Positions 48,664-51,441 of a stretch of DNA of 51,441 nucleotides are shown piece after piece; positions within the stretch are counted from its first letter, which is position 1, and each line of letters begins with the position of its first letter. The notes beneath the pieces are model-generated. The model was given only the letters and a program-made list of their open reading frames with translations. It had not been told where the DNA came from and made no database searches. The position numbers and the translations under genes were made by a program. The DNA is taken from the sequence record SRR31156797_10402; one strand, written 5' to 3'.

Positions 48664-50463
48664 CTACAGGGTTCCATTTTCGGCGCGCAATAAGAGCAGA
48701 CCTTGCATCATCCCTTTGAGAAGGGCAAAGGTTTGCTGCGTTACCGACCAATCCAGGGGAGTCTGTAATTGCTTCAGCGCAGTATCCATTCGCGGCACAT
48801 CCAGATATTCCTGAACCAATGGGGAACGGTCAAAAGAATCAAGAACTGCCGCCGCTTCATCGTAGTGATCCCGCACCCGGCAGGCAATATCGGCGGATTG
48901 CAGACCCCGGCAGCCCTGCCACAAAACATTGTGTGGTAATTTGCCTTTCATCGCCAGGCGAACCAGTAATCGCTCTTGTCCGTTCCGGGTAAATTGTTCC
49001 TGGGGCAGGCCCAGACAAAACTCAATGATGCGTTTATCAACGGGGGGGTCGGTAATTTGCAGGCCAAAAGCAATTCCAAAGGCAGCAGAAGCTGCCTGCG
49101 CCTTGCCGGTGCGGAAGTATTTGAACAGACCGTTGTACTCATTGCCCGGTTTCTGAACGGAGGTAAACGACGTGTCAGCTTGCAGAAGACTACGCAGCCT
49201 CTCCCGGCGCACAAACGTATGCTCCTGATGGTTTCGGGCCCGATAGCGGTCTGCCCAACTTGCCGGTAACAGGGGCTTAACCACTTGGCTCTTAATGGTT
49301 TGAAAAATGGAAGCGTGCTGTTGCCGCTGCCAGGCGATTATCTCACTGCCCCAACGCCGCCAGTCCCCGTGCTTTTGCAGCGCACGCAGATAGGCAGACC
49401 GGTCTCCGTTGAAAGAGATGGTAAAATTACCGCCCCAACCGCTCAGTAGCGTAGTTATCCCTTGAGACGCCGCCGCTTCAAAAGAAGCTAACGCCCAAGA
49501 CATATTACCCGCCCCGTGCACCGGTTCGGCAAGTATCTCCAGACTTCTGTGCAATGCTGCAATGGGGCTGACATCCGCCGTATTGATAAAGCGGATATCA
49601 ATATTGGGGTATCGTTGGCCAATGGCTTTAACCCAAGGGCTTTCATCGCCGCAGCGGGCGGGCAGAATGACAGATGCCGGATCATATTGCGGCACGGCAC
49701 TGAAGGCAATTAACCGTTTGCCTCGTTTGGTCAGCGCAGGTGCGGCCAGCGCCGCCACCGAACTGGAATCAAGCCCGCTGCTCAGTAAGATGCCGGTCTG
49801 GCCGTTCGCCGGTAAACGGTCTCCAACCGCTTGCCGGTACAGATCAGTAAAGACGTCCAGATAGTCTTCGTCGCGCGGGTAGCGCACTGCGGGCGCCTCT
49901 TGCGGATGCCAGTAACGCCAGCCTTCAATTCTGTCACGCGTTACCAACATCGCATGGGCCGGCGGAAGCCGGTGAATATTCTGGTAAAAGGTCACATCTC
50001 CGGCTAGTCCCAGCCAATTCGCCGCCAGGGCGGACAGATTGAGTTCAACCGGTACCTGCGGTTGTTGCAGCAAGCCTTTCATGGTGCTGGCGAAGGCAAA
50101 GATTTGGTCCGAATGGTAATAATAAAGCCCGCTGTTGCCAAAATGATCGCGGGCAAGGAAAAGGTGTTGTTGTTTCGAATCCCAGATGGCAAAAGCCCAG
50201 TCGCCCAGCAAATGGCTTGCAGCATCTAGCCCCCATCTTTTATAAACGTTTAAAACTAAAGCAGAATCGTCCGTACTTTGCGCCTCTGTCCTTGACAAGC
50301 CAAAAAAAGAAACCAAATCCGTACGATTATCCAGTCGTCCGTAAAACCAAGCCCCATATTCGCCAATCTGCCGATCATCATTTGGCGAAGGTGTGGTTTG
50401 ATCAAATTGAAACGAGCCCTGTAACAAAGTATTGGCTGGATGCTGCCGCGCTGTCCTGTGCAA
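48664..50463 (-). CDS. lasso peptide cyclase (asparagine synthetase-like, protein C)
   Basis: GRLDNR, LGDWAFAIWD, ARDHFG, LSSGLDSS ATP loop, SGWGGNFTIS, DKRIIEFC; no N-terminal glutaminase Cys; next to precursor and B1/B2. Confidence 0.9.
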   Translation of the reverse strand: MHRTARQHPANTLLQGSFQFDQTTPSPNDDRQIGEYGAWFYGRLDNRTDLVSFFGLSRTEAQSTDDSALVLNVYKRWGLDAASHLLGDWAFAIWDSKQQHLFLARDHFGNSGLYYYHSDQIFAFASTMKGLLQQPQVPVELNLSALAANWLGLAGDVTFYQNIHRLPPAHAMLVTRDRIEGWRYWHPQEAPAVRYPRDEDYLDVFTDLYRQAVGDRLPANGQTGILLSSGLDSSSVAALAAPALTKRGKRLIAFSAVPQYDPASVILPARCGDESPWVKAIGQRYPNIDIRFINTADVSPIAALHRSLEILAEPVHGAGNMSWALASFEAAASQGITTLLSGWGGNFTISFNGDRSAYLRALQKHGDWRRWGSEIIAWQRQQHASIFQTIKSQVVKPLLPASWADRYRARNHQEHTFVRRERLRSLLQADTSFTSVQKPGNEYNGLFKYFRTGKAQAASAAFGIAFGLQITDPPVDKRIIEFCLGLPQEQFTRNGQERLLVRLAMKGKLPHNVLWQGCRGLQSADIACRVRDHYDEAAAVLDSFDRSPLVQEYLDVPRMDTALKQLQTPLDWSVTQQTFALLKGMMQGLLLLRAENGTL

Positions 50464-50490
50464 AATGAAATCAGCCTTCGAACTACAGTT

Positions 50491-50634
50491 TTACGAAGAG
50501 CCTCCCATTACGCCGTCATTCGAGAAGCCGGAATCACCTGTTTGTGTTTGTTGTTGGGCGGTTCCGTAGTCTTCGATCTTTGGAGGAGTATATCCCTTTT
50601 TGTCGGTTTGGTTTTGGGTAGTCTCTTTATTCAC
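50491..50634 (-). CDS. lasso peptide precursor (protein A), 47 aa
   Basis: RBS GGAGG 6 nt before GTG; MNKETTQNQTDKKGYTPPKIEDYGTAQQQTQ-TGDSGFSNDGVMGGSS; leader fits YxxPx(L/I)xxxGxxxxxT; Asp at core position 9. Confidence 0.9.
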   Translation of the reverse strand: MNKETTQNQTDKKGYTPPKIEDYGTAQQQTQTGDSGFSNDGVMGGSS

Positions 50635-50657
50635 GATTGTCCTCCATAAAATAGGTT

Positions 50658-51089
50658 TTAATCCATTGATTTGCCAAAGGCGTACTCAAAGGCGGTGTAT
50701 TTTTGCCGCACCCGGGGGCCGGCATTCAGGGCTGCGCCTTGATACTCTACCCAGGCGTGGGCCTGAAAAGCGCCTTGGTGCTGGCGGACGCCAACGCGTA
50801 ACTGGGTGTGAATGTCACGTCGCTGTAACAACCACCACAACAACACCGATTGCGACAGGCAATTGCCCCGGTACAGAGCCCGTCTTTTTGCCCAGCGCAT
50901 CATTTGGCCGCAGTGTTGGGCAACGGATGCCTGTTGAACACCGTTGACTGGGCGACGCCAGTTGGGAACGTGCTGTAACAGGGACAATGTTCGTTGTAAG
51001 CCTAAAGCCCACAAACCAAACGCCATCGGCGGCAACAACAGGCTGATTTTTAGTTTTGGCCAAAGCGTATTGATTTTGTGCTTGATCAT
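50658..51089 (-). CDS. lasso leader peptidase B2 (transglutaminase-like)
   Basis: NCLSQS catalytic Cys, LRVGV, FQAHAWVE. Confidence 0.92.
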   Translation of the reverse strand: MIKHKINTLWPKLKISLLLPPMAFGLWALGLQRTLSLLQHVPNWRRPVNGVQQASVAQHCGQMMRWAKRRALYRGNCLSQSVLLWWLLQRRDIHTQLRVGVRQHQGAFQAHAWVEYQGAALNAGPRVRQKYTAFEYAFGKSMD

Positions 51090-51352
51090 ACCGCTTCAAG
51101 AATTACTAGATTTCGTTCTGCCAGACCGTTGACCAGATTTTCCACATCCCGGCGTAAGGTGTCTGTATCAATCTCGTACTCTTCCTGCATGGCGGCAACC
51201 ACGCGTTCGGTATCGCCATATTCGTTCAATAGCTGCCACATTCGGGCGCCGGCTTCATTCAGCCCGTGATATTGTTCATTGTTCAAGTTGAGGAGAATTA
51301 TCTCATCGTGCAGTTCTTGAAATAGTATGTCGGTTGGGATTGTGATTTTCAT
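51086..51352 (-). CDS. PqqD-family RiPP recognition element B1
   Basis: 88 aa; EIILLNLNNEQYHGLNEAGARMWQLL...EYEID...RDV...L; ATGA overlap with B2. Confidence 0.92.
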   Translation of the reverse strand: MKITIPTDILFQELHDEIILLNLNNEQYHGLNEAGARMWQLLNEYGDTERVVAAMQEEYEIDTDTLRRDVENLVNGLAERNLVILEAV

Positions 51353-51441
51353 GTTGTGCCTTCATTAGCGCCTGGAGATAGGTCGGAAGGTCTCTCAAGG
51401 CCCCGACTTTTTAAGATATTGCTTTTTTCAGGGAAGAGCAT

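Noticed and set aside
48664-50463. Housekeeping asparagine synthetase AsnB
   Set aside because: No N-terminal catalytic Cys; context with RRE, B2 and precursor indicates a lasso cyclase
51086-51352. PQQ biosynthesis gene pqqD
   Set aside because: No other pqq genes; coupled to lasso peptidase B2
1-51441. CRISPR array, tRNA, rRNA or riboswitch
   Set aside because: None recognised by eye; a covariance-model scan would be needed to exclude small RNAs

Overview
Genomic window from a sulfate-reducing Desulfobacterota-type bacterium (inferred from dsrTMKJOP, tetraheme cytochrome c3 and a periplasmic [NiFe] hydrogenase). Left to right: a sigma54 two-component pair with its probable target promoter; a 4-hydroxybenzoyl-CoA-reductase-like xanthine dehydrogenase-family enzyme divergent from a CoA ligase/TRAP/IclR/enoyl-CoA hydratase unit; hom-apgM-adk; a hydrogenase locus interrupted by an MMPL-cNMP fusion gene; cytochrome c3, ferredoxin and dsrTMKJOP; MFS, DsbD, an unknown lipoprotein; a liv-type ABC operon led by a BKACE gene remnant; an HD protein; and a foreign-looking right end. 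The most notable element is a lasso-peptide (RiPP) cluster at 45.9-51.4 kb, ordered RRE(B1)-peptidase(B2)-precursor-cyclase-sulfotransferase-glycosyltransferase-HPr-like kinase. Its 47-aa precursor (50491..50634, minus, absent from the ORF track) has a canonical leader and predicted core TGDSGFSNDGVMGGSS, suggesting a phosphorylated, glycosylated and possibly sulfated lasso peptide. IS3 and ISL3 remnants and two AT-rich cassette-like genes border the cluster. All calls come from reading motifs by eye; no searches were run.
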